Source: a virus (lineage: Duplodnaviria; Caudoviricetes). From it: a stretch of 50,231 nt of DNA. The DNA lies in the IMG/VR virus record IMGVR_UViG_3300030376_004672, positions 1-50,231 of that record. One strand, 5' to 3'. Of this stretch, positions 39,178-47,619 are shown one piece after another (the stretch's first letter is position 1; every line of letters starts with the position of its first letter). The position numbers and the translations under genes are program-made. The notes under the pieces are model-generated. The model made no database searches. It worked only from the letters and a program-made list of their open reading frames with translations, and had not been told where the DNA came from.

Positions 39178-39434
39178 GTTTTTTCAAAGACTCCCTTTGA
39201 GTTCATGACCATAGTTAAACGAAAACATTCAGGATACTTTTCTTTTGCTTGTTTCCATGTTACCTCTTGTTCTTTTAGAACTTCAAAGTTTCGGACAAGA
39301 CCGAGGTCATCCCAATAATGTTTTTTGGTTTGATTGCAATAAATGACATCCTTTTTTTCAACGCCACCTCTTGCTTCTTCGTCTAATTGCGTTTTGTGAA
39401 ACGCATCGTTTAGAAAATTTTCTAAGTTTTTCAT
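39165..39434 (-). CDS. Hypothetical protein
   Basis: 89 aa directly downstream of a consensus promoter. Confidence 0.6.
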   Translation of the reverse strand: MKNLENFLNDAFHKTQLDEEARGGVEKKDVIYCNQTKKHYWDDLGLVRNFEVLKEQEVTWKQAKEKYPECFRLTMVMNSKGVFEKTWKS

Positions 39435-39478
39435 AATGTATTTGATTTAATTAACACAACCATTATTGATTGATTCTA

Positions 39479-39510
39479 CAAATATACGAAAATTAGACGA
39501 GAAATCCAAA
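39479..39510 (-). promoter_or_regulatory. Full Bacteroidota sigma-A promoter
   Basis: Minus strand TTTG-N20-TATATTTG, intergenic. Confidence 0.8.
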
Positions 39511-39524
39511 TCCCTTCGTACAGC

Positions 39525-39785
39525 TTAAATTTTTCTATACTTATTTTCTGTCCAAGAATCTAATATTGCTGTGATTTTTGCACATTTCTCATAGTGTTCA
39601 ACTTCAGTAAAATATTCTAACATATTTTCTAAAACTTCTTTGTCTACCGGCTGAAGAACATCGTGTACAAATACACCATCGTCAGTCCCCATTAAAGAAT
39701 TATCAAATCGGTCTTCCACTATAACATTGTATGAGTTTATCATAGCATTATATACCATTAGCTCATTGTCTTGCTCTTCTTTCAT
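39525..39785 (-). CDS. Hypothetical protein with UVR-like C-terminal helix
   Basis: YF...E.YEKCAKI motif. Confidence 0.6.
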   Translation of the reverse strand: MKEEQDNELMVYNAMINSYNVIVEDRFDNSLMGTDDGVFVHDVLQPVDKEVLENMLEYFTEVEHYEKCAKITAILDSWTENKYRKI

Positions 39786-42202
39786 ATATCTAATTTACTA
39801 TTATATTCCAACTCATGTTTGCTTCTAAACCTAATCCACTTTCCTGATGCATCTCTTCCTTCTTCCGGCGGCACACCTTGTTTAAATACTCCATATGCTG
39901 TAAGCCATTTATAAAATCTTGTTCTTGATATAGTCATTTTAGCTTTCGGTCCATAGTCAGGATTCTCTTCGATAAAATTAAAATATAAATCTTGTTTACG
40001 CAAATGCATATTTGGTTTTAATAAATCATTTGGTTCGTGACCTGTTACTAATCCACACCATTCAATAAAGTCATGGGATGTTTCTGCTGACAGCTGTCTC
40101 ACTTTTAAATTTACAAATACTGATTGAATTAATCCCTTTTCTAAATATAGTTGTAAACAAGATATCATGTAGTTATCAAACTCACACCACATATCTTCAT
40201 CCCAATCTCCAAACATAAGTTTACCAAATTCATCAAAAGGTGTAAAGGTTTTATTATAATATTGATGTAACTCTAACTCCCATTTTCTTCTTGCAAAAGA
40301 ATTACCTGCACCCTTAATAGCATAATTAGTTGTTATAGCTATTTTAGGAGACTTGCTAAAAGGAATTTTGATTGCATCTTTGTTTTTCTTTTCAAGTGTT
40401 AAACCCTCCGTAATAAGACTAAATAATCTCTCAAAATCGAAATACTTTTTTACATCATCAAAACATAATATCTGTGTATCAGCAGAAACTAGCTGATATG
40501 CAAACGACCTTTCAAATGCAAAACTTTTACCATCAATGGTAACTAATTTTTTCATATGAGATAAAGCATTCATAAACAAGCCCTTACCTGTACCACCTTC
40601 AGGGTTGTCGCTTATAACCTCATCATTCAAGATTACAGCCGGACAAAAAGAAAGGTTTTTATATCCATGCATCATAAACCCTATTGTTGACTCCATTGAC
40701 TTTATTCTGCTTTCGTTTTTTGCACAAATATTTGTTATGAAAGTTTTATAATCACAATTATCCATTCCACATTTTTTAAAGTCTCTATCAATTACATGGT
40801 CTTTCCAAACAAAACCTCCCAAGTCTATATAATCAATAGTAGTTACATTATCCTTTGTGATTTTAACAGCACAATTTTTATAATATAAGTAGGATGTATT
40901 TTTATTATCAGCAATAAAATATATATTGACTGATGAAAGTAAAGTTAAAAATTCGTCTTTAAAAAACCTTGTATTGTCAGCAAAGTAGTTGTAAATAGAA
41001 AGGTCGTCAAGCTCTATCAATCCACTTAATATAAAATCTTTTATTTCTTTTTCAGTAGTATGGTCAATGAGATTGTTTTGAACTCTTACAAACACATAAT
41101 TCTTACTACCTTCAGGACAAAATTTATAGAACCCATTGTCTTCCAAGTATTCTTTAAATAAAACATGAACTATCTTTATAGTACCCTTATCGTTTTTTAC
41201 CCAAAAAGTTTGGTTATTGTTAGACTCTTCTGCTTTATTTAAGACTGAATCTATTATCGCTTTATCAAGTTTTGACTCCTCTAATTGAGTTCTAACTTCT
41301 TTTTTTGAAACCCCTCTCCTTAACTTTCCTTTTACTTGATTTACTTTTTCTTCATCCTCATAAAATTTAGTACCAAAGTTTTGGGATTGAGAATATGCTG
41401 AATCTATTGTTCTTTCTATTTCTCTTGTTGTAAAATCTTTAGTGCTAAACTGCCCAAGCACATAGGATGCGAGACTCTTGTTGACTCCAAAATCATTTAG
41501 AGCTGATGCAAGAACATAAGCATTCTGATTTCTTTGTCCTTCCGTCATTGGATATTTTTTACTCCACCATTTAAGTAAAATATCTACAATTTTATTCTCA
41601 TCAGTAATAGGAATTGTTAATGGGTCTTTATTTATATTAACTTCTGTATATTCTTCTTCCTCTATCTTGTCCCAAATTTTAGAGTTTTTATTTATATGAA
41701 TGATAGGGTCATAAGACTCATAACAAACTCTTGATAAGTTCTTTGAGGTTACATCAAAGTAGGAGGAGTTAAAATGTTTTTCTAAAGAATTAAAATACTT
41801 TGTATGATTCTCTGCGTCTGCCGGTATCTTTACCAATACTTTTAATCCGTTTCCGGAAGGTGATACAAAGACAGCATACACAAACTTGTTAGAGCTTAAC
41901 GTCTCCTTGTCAAGCATTAATGATTTAAAATCAGGATATCCATCAAAGTCTAGACATATAATTCCACTATGTAAGATGAGTGAGTTGTCAGCTCTTTTAT
42001 TAAATGTACCTGAAAAACAGATAGCCGGTAATTGTTTTTTTAATTCATTCCGGTCTGCCTTTTTCTTTTCCTTTCTTATCTTTTGAACCAACTCCTTTGA
42101 ATCTGAACCTTCTTTGATTCTTTCTAGTATTGTATCTATACCTACATGGTATGGAGTGATGGTTTCTTTAATATTTTTGAATATAGTTACTTGTTGTGTC
42201 AT
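39782..42202 (-). CDS. Primase(-polymerase)-helicase: VirE-N/AEP domain, PriCT, P-loop helicase
   Basis: K.QLPAICFSG.F, ICLDFD, SPSGNGLK, SRVCYESYDP; GQRN PriCT motif; EGGTGKG and CFDD. Confidence 0.85.
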   Translation of the reverse strand: MTQQVTIFKNIKETITPYHVGIDTILERIKEGSDSKELVQKIRKEKKKADRNELKKQLPAICFSGTFNKRADNSLILHSGIICLDFDGYPDFKSLMLDKETLSSNKFVYAVFVSPSGNGLKVLVKIPADAENHTKYFNSLEKHFNSSYFDVTSKNLSRVCYESYDPIIHINKNSKIWDKIEEEEYTEVNINKDPLTIPITDENKIVDILLKWWSKKYPMTEGQRNQNAYVLASALNDFGVNKSLASYVLGQFSTKDFTTREIERTIDSAYSQSQNFGTKFYEDEEKVNQVKGKLRRGVSKKEVRTQLEESKLDKAIIDSVLNKAEESNNNQTFWVKNDKGTIKIVHVLFKEYLEDNGFYKFCPEGSKNYVFVRVQNNLIDHTTEKEIKDFILSGLIELDDLSIYNYFADNTRFFKDEFLTLLSSVNIYFIADNKNTSYLYYKNCAVKITKDNVTTIDYIDLGGFVWKDHVIDRDFKKCGMDNCDYKTFITNICAKNESRIKSMESTIGFMMHGYKNLSFCPAVILNDEVISDNPEGGTGKGLFMNALSHMKKLVTIDGKSFAFERSFAYQLVSADTQILCFDDVKKYFDFERLFSLITEGLTLEKKNKDAIKIPFSKSPKIAITTNYAIKGAGNSFARRKWELELHQYYNKTFTPFDEFGKLMFGDWDEDMWCEFDNYMISCLQLYLEKGLIQSVFVNLKVRQLSAETSHDFIEWCGLVTGHEPNDLLKPNMHLRKQDLYFNFIEENPDYGPKAKMTISRTRFYKWLTAYGVFKQGVPPEEGRDASGKWIRFRSKHELEYNSKLDI

Positions 42203-42367
42203 TTTAATGTTGATTTTATGTTGATTTTTTATTTATAACTCGTTGATTATCAGTATCTGTGTTGAAAATGTTATATATATTATTACTTAAGGATAAAAAA
42301 AAGAAAAAAAATATATATAAAAACTATATAGCTCTATATAGAGCTCGAAAATTAACATTTCGACACA
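42203..42367. other. Candidate replication origin / regulatory region
   Basis: ATGTTGATTTT direct repeats, IHF-consensus site 42236-42248, imperfect IR 42258-42273/42353-42367 around an AT-rich core, 16-bp palindrome 42330-42345. Confidence 0.45.
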
Positions 42368-42402
42368 AAAAAAAGCAGAAAAAAGGAGGAAAAATCCTCC
42401 TT
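42367..42402 (-). terminator. Rho-independent terminator after SSB
   Basis: AAGGAGGA-N4-TCCTCCTT hairpin with minus-strand U tracts. Confidence 0.7.
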
Positions 42403-42423
42403 AAATCTACAAGAATAGCATAG

Positions 42424-42690
42424 TTAGAATGGTAAATCAGTATCAACAGCTTTTGGCTGAGGTGCTGATTTTTCTTCTTCGGCTTTCACATATGGTGTCT
42501 CTACTTTAATACTAATATACTTTTCACCTGATTGAGTAGTTGATACCCAACCGGCTAAAGAATACTGAACTCCGTTAGGGTCAGCACATCCACCTTTGTA
42601 ATCAGGATGTGTTTCCTTTTCTTTGTATTGATTTTTAAATAGACTCCCACTCGATGCTTTGTGTACATACTTCTTTTCTTGGTCTGCCAT
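42424..42690 (-). CDS. Single-stranded DNA-binding protein (putative)
   Basis: G.LFKN......HPDYKG......LAGW core and acidic C-terminal DTDLPF tail. Confidence 0.75.
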   Translation of the reverse strand: MADQEKKYVHKASSGSLFKNQYKEKETHPDYKGGCADPNGVQYSLAGWVSTTQSGEKYISIKVETPYVKAEEEKSAPQPKAVDTDLPF

Positions 42691-42859
42691 GATTATTGAT
42701 TTTAATATTACGTTCCAAATGATTAATTGTTGAGATGATTATATTTGTTTTATCATCAATACTATCAGCAGTCATCGGAACTTGAACCCACATAATAGTA
42801 TTAGGAGGAGTTCTCTTTGGAAGATAACTCCACATTTTTTTAAATGCTTTTTTTAACAT
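42635..42859 (-). CDS. Hypothetical protein (start uncertain)
   Basis: Fills the gap between exonuclease and SSB, overlapping both. Confidence 0.45.
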   Translation of the reverse strand: MLKKAFKKMWSYLPKRTPPNTIMWVQVPMTADSIDDKTNIIISTINHLERNIKINNHGRPRKEVCTQSIEWESI

Positions 42860-43580
42860 AATAATTATTTATTTCCTCTGCCGAAACATTATCATTGGCA
42901 AAGAATTGATTATATACTTCTACTGCCTGTTTGACTTTCTCTTCACCTTTAGCTAATGCTAACTCACTTGTTTTAAAAACACCACATATCCCAAATCTTT
43001 CAGGACTCTTGTCTATTGCTATAAAGATAACAGGTTTTCCAAACAAATGTTGATAGATAAATGCTTGGCTATCATAATTATAATAATAACTATTGATATG
43101 AAATTTAGAAATATCACTTGTGCTTTTTAAATCAATTACATATTCGTCAGAAATAATATCAGCTTTACCTTTCCATTCTACACCAAACAATTCTTTTATT
43201 TGAGGTTGTTCATATATATTATTAGGATTTTTAATCATGCTAAAAAGCTCAATGTTTTCAAACAATATATCCACTAGCATCTCACACTCATCAGCTTCCT
43301 TTTGTAATAATCGTATATTACCATCATTACACGCTTCCTTATAAACTTTCGTGTTACGGCTAGACGCTTCTACTATCTCAAAGTTTTTTGCCTTCTCCGG
43401 CTCTAAAATTAATTGATGAAAGTATCTGCCATATAAAAAATTTTTATTGTCAGGTTGCTCTTGCCTAAATAATTTAGGGTGTGTGAGGAGCTGATTAATA
43501 TTTGAGTTAGATAAATAGTTACGACCAATCCCATTATAATATTCGTGGTCGTCTTTTAACTTTTCTATTATATCCATCAT
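42840..43580 (-). CDS. RecE/ExoVIII-like PD-(D/E)XK exonuclease
   Basis: LSNS, G..FH..ILEP, KGKAD, IDLKST, Y..QA..Y motifs. Confidence 0.8.
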   Translation of the reverse strand: MMDIIEKLKDDHEYYNGIGRNYLSNSNINQLLTHPKLFRQEQPDNKNFLYGRYFHQLILEPEKAKNFEIVEASSRNTKVYKEACNDGNIRLLQKEADECEMLVDILFENIELFSMIKNPNNIYEQPQIKELFGVEWKGKADIISDEYVIDLKSTSDISKFHINSYYYNYDSQAFIYQHLFGKPVIFIAIDKSPERFGICGVFKTSELALAKGEEKVKQAVEVYNQFFANDNVSAEEINNYYVKKSI

Positions 43581-44131
43581 ACTAGTTCTTTAAAGTTTTT
43601 TGCAATAGCAGTAGCATACTCATCGTCAATATGATACATTTTTCTTAACTCTGTACCACACCACTTTAACCCTTTAGATTTATTTTTAGCTATAAACTCT
43701 AATGCAACAGCATAATTATCTCCAACATTTATAGAGGGTAGTTTGGTTATTTGATTAAAATGAACAGCTTCTTTTTTTGGAGAGCTATTCAATTTCGCAT
43801 TTGCTACCTCATCATAGGACGCTACTGAACTATCAAGACCTATGCCTAAATTAGCTAAAGCACGACCCCATGCACTTGTTTCGCAGTTCTCTACATAGGA
43901 GGTTTTATTAATAAAGCTACTTCCTTTTACTTCTTCGGCTAAACCGGTAGCGATTACCTTCCCTTCACTATTAGTAATAACAGCTTTTATAAGAATAGAA
44001 CTATTAGTCTTTTCCACCACTTCTGATAGTAAAGAATACTCTTTGTAGTTGGCTCTGAAATACTTTAGTCTTTCATGAACCTCAACGTAAGGTTTCCCTT
44101 TAACGTCAATAGTTTTTAATTTTTTAGTCAT
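43577..44131 (-). CDS. Putative single-strand annealing protein (Rad52/Sak-like)
   Basis: KGK.YVEV.ER...F and ENCETSAWGRAL..LGIG; adjacent to exonuclease and SSB. Confidence 0.6.
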   Translation of the reverse strand: MTKKLKTIDVKGKPYVEVHERLKYFRANYKEYSLLSEVVEKTNSSILIKAVITNSEGKVIATGLAEEVKGSSFINKTSYVENCETSAWGRALANLGIGLDSSVASYDEVANAKLNSSPKKEAVHFNQITKLPSINVGDNYAVALEFIAKNKSKGLKWCGTELRKMYHIDDEYATAIAKNFKELV

Positions 44132-44136
44132 AATAT

Positions 44137-44541
44137 TTATTTAATTTGATTTAATTTTTGTGAAACTTTGGCAAACCTCTGCATTATTCGTTCTCGATTT
44201 GCTTTGAGACTTTGAATATGCTTTGCGTTTTTACGGGAGTTCACTTCATCCCTTATTTTACTTTCAATTATATCTAGCTTTGACCTATAATTAGATAATG
44301 CTAGATTAAATACACCATACCTCCAACCTCCATCGAAAAAAAATTCTAAATCTTTTTCCGGTACAAGAGAATAAAAGTCTCCACCTTTCGTGGTGTTGTG
44401 TATATTTATTTCTCCGGTGTGAGTAATTTTTTCAATACGGATTCCATACAATATATTAGCTTCCATACCATCACCATTTAAAGATGCTGTGTAGCTATCT
44501 TCTTGTGCTTGTTTAAGTATGTCTGTTAGATTGTAACGCAT
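44137..44541 (-). CDS. Hypothetical protein (start uncertain)
   Basis: 134 aa with C-terminal coiled coil. Confidence 0.6.
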   Translation of the reverse strand: MRYNLTDILKQAQEDSYTASLNGDGMEANILYGIRIEKITHTGEINIHNTTKGGDFYSLVPEKDLEFFFDGGWRYGVFNLALSNYRSKLDIIESKIRDEVNSRKNAKHIQSLKANRERIMQRFAKVSQKLNQIK

Positions 44542-44834
44542 TCATCTATACTTTTACAAACAGCTATAAAATCTTTATCTCTTACCTTATCATCCTCTAC
44601 TGCATTAATCCCATGAATAATGGATGAATGTCCAATATGGTATCCACTCTCTTTCATAAATTGCTCGATATAAGTTAACTTCATAGGTCTTTTTATACAC
44701 AAAAAATATAACATATGCCTAGCATCAACTACGGCTCTAGTTTTATCTTTTGAAAATAATTTATCTGTTGTAATATTGTGAACTTCTGCTACCTTTTGAG
44801 CATACTTATTGAATATTTCTTTTTTATAATTCAT
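44526..44834 (-). CDS. DnaA C-terminal-like HTH protein
   Basis: LFSK.K.R.VVDARHML.FL...HSSIIHG. Confidence 0.7.
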   Translation of the reverse strand: MNYKKEIFNKYAQKVAEVHNITTDKLFSKDKTRAVVDARHMLYFLCIKRPMKLTYIEQFMKESGYHIGHSSIIHGINAVEDDKVRDKDFIAVCKSIDECVTI

Positions 44835-44858
44835 CTATAATTTAATTTGATTTAAAAA

Positions 44859-44960
44859 TTTAAAGGGGGAGAAACAAAAACATTTAATATTATGGAACGC
44901 TCTTATACATCCCTCTAGATTAATAATAACAAACTCCCCCTTTAAACCAACATTATGAAC
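44859..44960 (-). ncRNA. Candidate small RNA / structured leader
   Basis: Directly downstream of a consensus promoter; perfect 13-bp closing stem (44859-44871/44934-44946), large AU bubble, apical stem. Confidence 0.5.
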
Positions 44961-44962
44961 TG

Positions 44963-44994
44963 CAAATATATTCATTGTTTATTTCTTGTGCAAA
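44963..44994 (-). promoter_or_regulatory. Full Bacteroidota sigma-A promoter
   Basis: TTTG-N20-TATATTTG on the minus strand. Confidence 0.8.
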
Positions 44995-45302
44995 TTTTCA
45001 CGAGCAATAATTAATAAAATTATGTACCCACACAAGTCAAACAATGTGTCTTCTGTTTCATCCGACAAACCTTTATTACTAATCCTAGCCAACTTATCGT
45101 CTATCCTTGCAGATAGTCCGTCAATAGCATTAGCTTTGGAAAAAATATTTAGAGGAGTGAGTGCAGAGTTTCCGTATGCTGTGTTTTTATCTATAAGCAT
45201 CTTATAAACTTTTGCAGTAACCTCTTTTATTTTGTCGGTGTTTGGATTTACTTTTTCTTTTGTCTTGAGGATTTCTTTACCCTCGTTTAAATAGTGGTTC
45301 AT
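44979..45302 (-). CDS. DUF1599 / nucleotide-modification-associated (MazG-like helical) protein
   Basis: KN.AYGNS, RIDDKLARI and EDT..DL.GY motifs. Confidence 0.75.
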   Translation of the reverse strand: MNHYLNEGKEILKTKEKVNPNTDKIKEVTAKVYKMLIDKNTAYGNSALTPLNIFSKANAIDGLSARIDDKLARISNKGLSDETEDTLFDLCGYIILLIIARENLHKK

Positions 45303-45697
45303 TGATTTGTTGCGTCTTTAATATAGGGAGCAGTAATGTGTCCGGCTATAATGTTATACAAAATTTTCTCACCCTCTGCTTTAGACAGGCAAGTGTGATA
45401 GTTATTATAATACCTGATATAATATTTTTTACCCATTTGTTGCAACAGCATAGAACCTACATACCGATATATATATTCGGCATCTTTTTCAACCATCAAC
45501 CCCATATCAATTAATGAGATGTCTCGTTTATAATAATTTGCCATGTAGTTTTTATACTTCATTTTTCTGCCTGTCGCCTTAAACTTTGTAAGACTCATTG
45601 GTTTTTTACCCTCATATTGTTGTATCTTTTGGATATAACTTTTGTTAGGTTTTTTTTGGAGCTTTTCTGTAAGCACCTCGTGATTTAATATATTCAT
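45299..45697 (-). CDS. Hypothetical basic Tyr-rich protein
   Basis: 132 aa, AACT-ATG start, ATGA coupling to the next gene. Confidence 0.6.
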   Translation of the reverse strand: MNILNHEVLTEKLQKKPNKSYIQKIQQYEGKKPMSLTKFKATGRKMKYKNYMANYYKRDISLIDMGLMVEKDAEYIYRYVGSMLLQQMGKKYYIRYYNNYHTCLSKAEGEKILYNIIAGHITAPYIKDATNQ

Positions 45698-45703
45698 AGT
45701 TAT

Positions 45704-45886
45704 TTATTTTAATGCATCCGTACTTTTTACCCACCAATGTCCGTTGATGAGTTTCTTTTCAACATCTCCCCAATGATTCTTTACCTTGTCAGACAGGTGT
45801 CTGTTAAGATGAGTTCGGAGCTGTCGATTCTGCTCCTTTTCATTTAGATATAGTTGAAATATCTTTTGGTCTTTTTTTATCGCCAT
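45704..45886 (-). CDS. Hypothetical protein
   Basis: 60 aa in the early gene string. Confidence 0.55.
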   Translation of the reverse strand: MAIKKDQKIFQLYLNEKEQNRQLRTHLNRHLSDKVKNHWGDVEKKLINGHWWVKSTDALK

Positions 45887-46037
45887 TTTTATTTAATTTT
45901 TTATGGTCAACAAAACGCTTTCTGTGATTCACCTTTCCACTATATTTAAAGTAATGGTTTAGGTCAATCACATTGCGTTGTTGCACCTTGTTTGTCTCCT
46001 GTTGTAAACGGAGAAATTTAATTATATGTTTGGTCAT
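45840..46037 (-). CDS. Hypothetical basic protein
   Basis: 65 aa; ATGA-coupled to the upstream small ORF. Confidence 0.5.
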   Translation of the reverse strand: MTKHIIKFLRLQQETNKVQQRNVIDLNHYFKYSGKVNHRKRFVDHKKLNKNGDKKRPKDISTISK

Positions 46038-46132
46038 AGGTTACTACGAATCCAAAGGTATATCAAACACAATATTGCACCGATGAATGATACAAAGGTA
46101 GCAATATATTTGTCTCTCATTTTATTACTCAT
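46034..46132 (-). CDS. 32-aa membrane microprotein MSNKMRDKYIATFVSFIGAILCLIYLWIRSNL (not in ORF track)
   Basis: Overlaps both neighbours; single hydrophobic helix. Confidence 0.6.
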   Translation of the reverse strand: MSNKMRDKYIATFVSFIGAILCLIYLWIRSNL

Positions 46133-46337
46133 AATTTATTTTTATTTTAAATCGGTCAATCAGCATCAGCTCTATCTCATCATACTTTTCGTTAAAAAAA
46201 TCTTGTGCATGTTCTGTATAGCTAAAGCAATCAGACTCTTTATCATGCACCCAAGTTGCTTCACCAAATCTTTCAGTAGTAATTAGACAAGCAACCTCGC
46301 ATACCACTTCCTTAAATACTTCGTTAGATATTCCCAT
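46125..46337 (-). CDS. Hypothetical acidic protein
   Basis: 70 aa, TAACT-ATG start. Confidence 0.6.
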   Translation of the reverse strand: MGISNEVFKEVVCEVACLITTERFGEATWVHDKESDCFSYTEHAQDFFNEKYDEIELMLIDRFKIKINYE

Positions 46338-46339
46338 AG

Positions 46340-46462
46340 TTATTTATTTAATTGTTTTTGTTTTAACTTATAAAGCTGTTCGTTACAATACATTGCATAC
46401 ATTGTATCGTTGCTTTTTAATGCTAGTCTTAAGCATTCCTTCCAAAATGTTATTTTATCCAT
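46340..46462 (-). CDS. 40-aa microprotein MDKITFWKECLRLALKSNDTMYAMYCNEQLYKLKQKQLNK (not in ORF track)
   Basis: ATAACT-ATG start; stop 2 nt before the next ATG. Confidence 0.6.
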   Translation of the reverse strand: MDKITFWKECLRLALKSNDTMYAMYCNEQLYKLKQKQLNK

Positions 46463-46482
46463 AGTTATTTATTTAGTTTAAA

Positions 46483-46695
46483 TTAATATTCTATTTGTGT
46501 TATTGAGGTTCGCCCTGTTCCATTCTCATAGTGTTTTAATTTTCTCCATTCTATATTAAAGGTAGATAATGATTCATAATCCTCTTTCTCCCTCGTGGAA
46601 TTGTTATCTACTAACCACTTGTCAATATCATTTGTGATATCAACTATATACTCTCGACCATTGCCTTCAGTATATTTTATTATTGCTATATCCAT
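46483..46695 (-). CDS. Hypothetical protein
   Basis: 70 aa in the early gene string. Confidence 0.6.
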   Translation of the reverse strand: MDIAIIKYTEGNGREYIVDITNDIDKWLVDNNSTREKEDYESLSTFNIEWRKLKHYENGTGRTSITQIEY

Positions 46696-46698
46696 AGT

Positions 46699-46860
46699 CT
46701 ATTTTATTAAGTTATTAATTAGTTTTGTTGCTTCTTCACAACCCTCTATCATTTTATTATCTGCATAATCAAATAGTATGTTGTTATGTTCTTCTAACAA
46801 TGCTACTTTTTTTTGCAACGCTCTTACTTGTTCGTGTAAAAAATCTATTGTTTCTTGCAT
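46699..46860 (-). CDS. 53-aa coiled-coil microprotein MQETIDFLHEQVRALQKKV...LINNLIK (not in ORF track)
   Basis: A-rich start context; stop 3 nt before the next ATG. Confidence 0.65.
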   Translation of the reverse strand: MQETIDFLHEQVRALQKKVALLEEHNNILFDYADNKMIEGCEEATKLINNLIK

Positions 46861-46887
46861 TTATATTTAATTTTAAATTAATAATAA

Positions 46888-46998
46888 TAGGCAGAGAGTA
46901 GGGCTACGTTAAACAACTGCGTGGGTTAGCTCTCTTTTAAAAGTTCCACTCCTTTACTTACCTAATTTTATTTGTAACCCTGTGTTACAGGTGTTACA
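46888..46998 (-). ncRNA. Candidate structured intergenic RNA
   Basis: Post-stop hairpin 46973-46998 plus a multi-stem element 46888-46964 that is GC-richer than its flanks. Confidence 0.35.
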
Positions 46999-47355
46999 TT
47001 AATCAATCAGTTCTATATCAGAGATATCAATCTCATCTTCCTCGCTATCCTCATCTACTAGCCAAGCCGGAAGAGTATCTCTCTCTTCAAAGATATTGTC
47101 TAATGTGTAGCTGATTTCATTGTGGTCAATGAGTTCTTGAACAAATACATTCCCCCAATACTTAAGGTCATCATAATCGGAGAACATCCACTCTGCAAAC
47201 CTTTTGCGAGTAATTGTGTATCTCTTTTTTGAATGTGATTTTGTTACATGCTCTTCTACTTTCTTTAAGTAGTCGTTCCAAGTATAAGGGATGTCTCCCA
47301 ATAATTCTCTGTGTCTCTTTTTTTGCTCTAGACCGAGCCACCTTTTTTCTCTCAT
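46999..47355 (-). CDS. Hypothetical protein with acidic C-terminus
   Basis: 118 aa, ATGA-coupled. Confidence 0.65.
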   Translation of the reverse strand: MREKRWLGLEQKKRHRELLGDIPYTWNDYLKKVEEHVTKSHSKKRYTITRKRFAEWMFSDYDDLKYWGNVFVQELIDHNEISYTLDNIFEERDTLPAWLVDEDSEEDEIDISDIELID

Positions 47356-47609
47356 AATTTTCTTGATTTTAGTTTATAATTATCTTCAGCTACGTCTTTA
47401 AGAACTCCCCATATATGTTCTATTGTACAGGGATGTTCCATTACCTCAACAAGTAACTCCATAGCTGTATCTGAATCCGTATCATACAATTCTTGTACGT
47501 CAAATACATTCCATAAGTTAGCTGTTTGGTAGCCGTTTCTTTCAAGGATTACTTTAGCATCGTGTATCCTCTCGTAGCTAGATTCATACTTTTTAAAAGT
47601 GTGTTCCAT
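47352..47609 (-). CDS. Hypothetical protein
   Basis: 85 aa, AAACT-ATG start. Confidence 0.65.
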   Translation of the reverse strand: MEHTFKKYESSYERIHDAKVILERNGYQTANLWNVFDVQELYDTDSDTAMELLVEVMEHPCTIEHIWGVLKDVAEDNYKLKSRKL

Positions 47610-47619
47610 AGTTTTTGAT

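Noticed and set aside
46891-46935. Plus-strand TAGGGCTACGTTAAACAA resembles a pistol ribozyme
   Set aside because: The P1 stem and downstream conserved elements cannot be formed, and it is on the non-transcribed strand.
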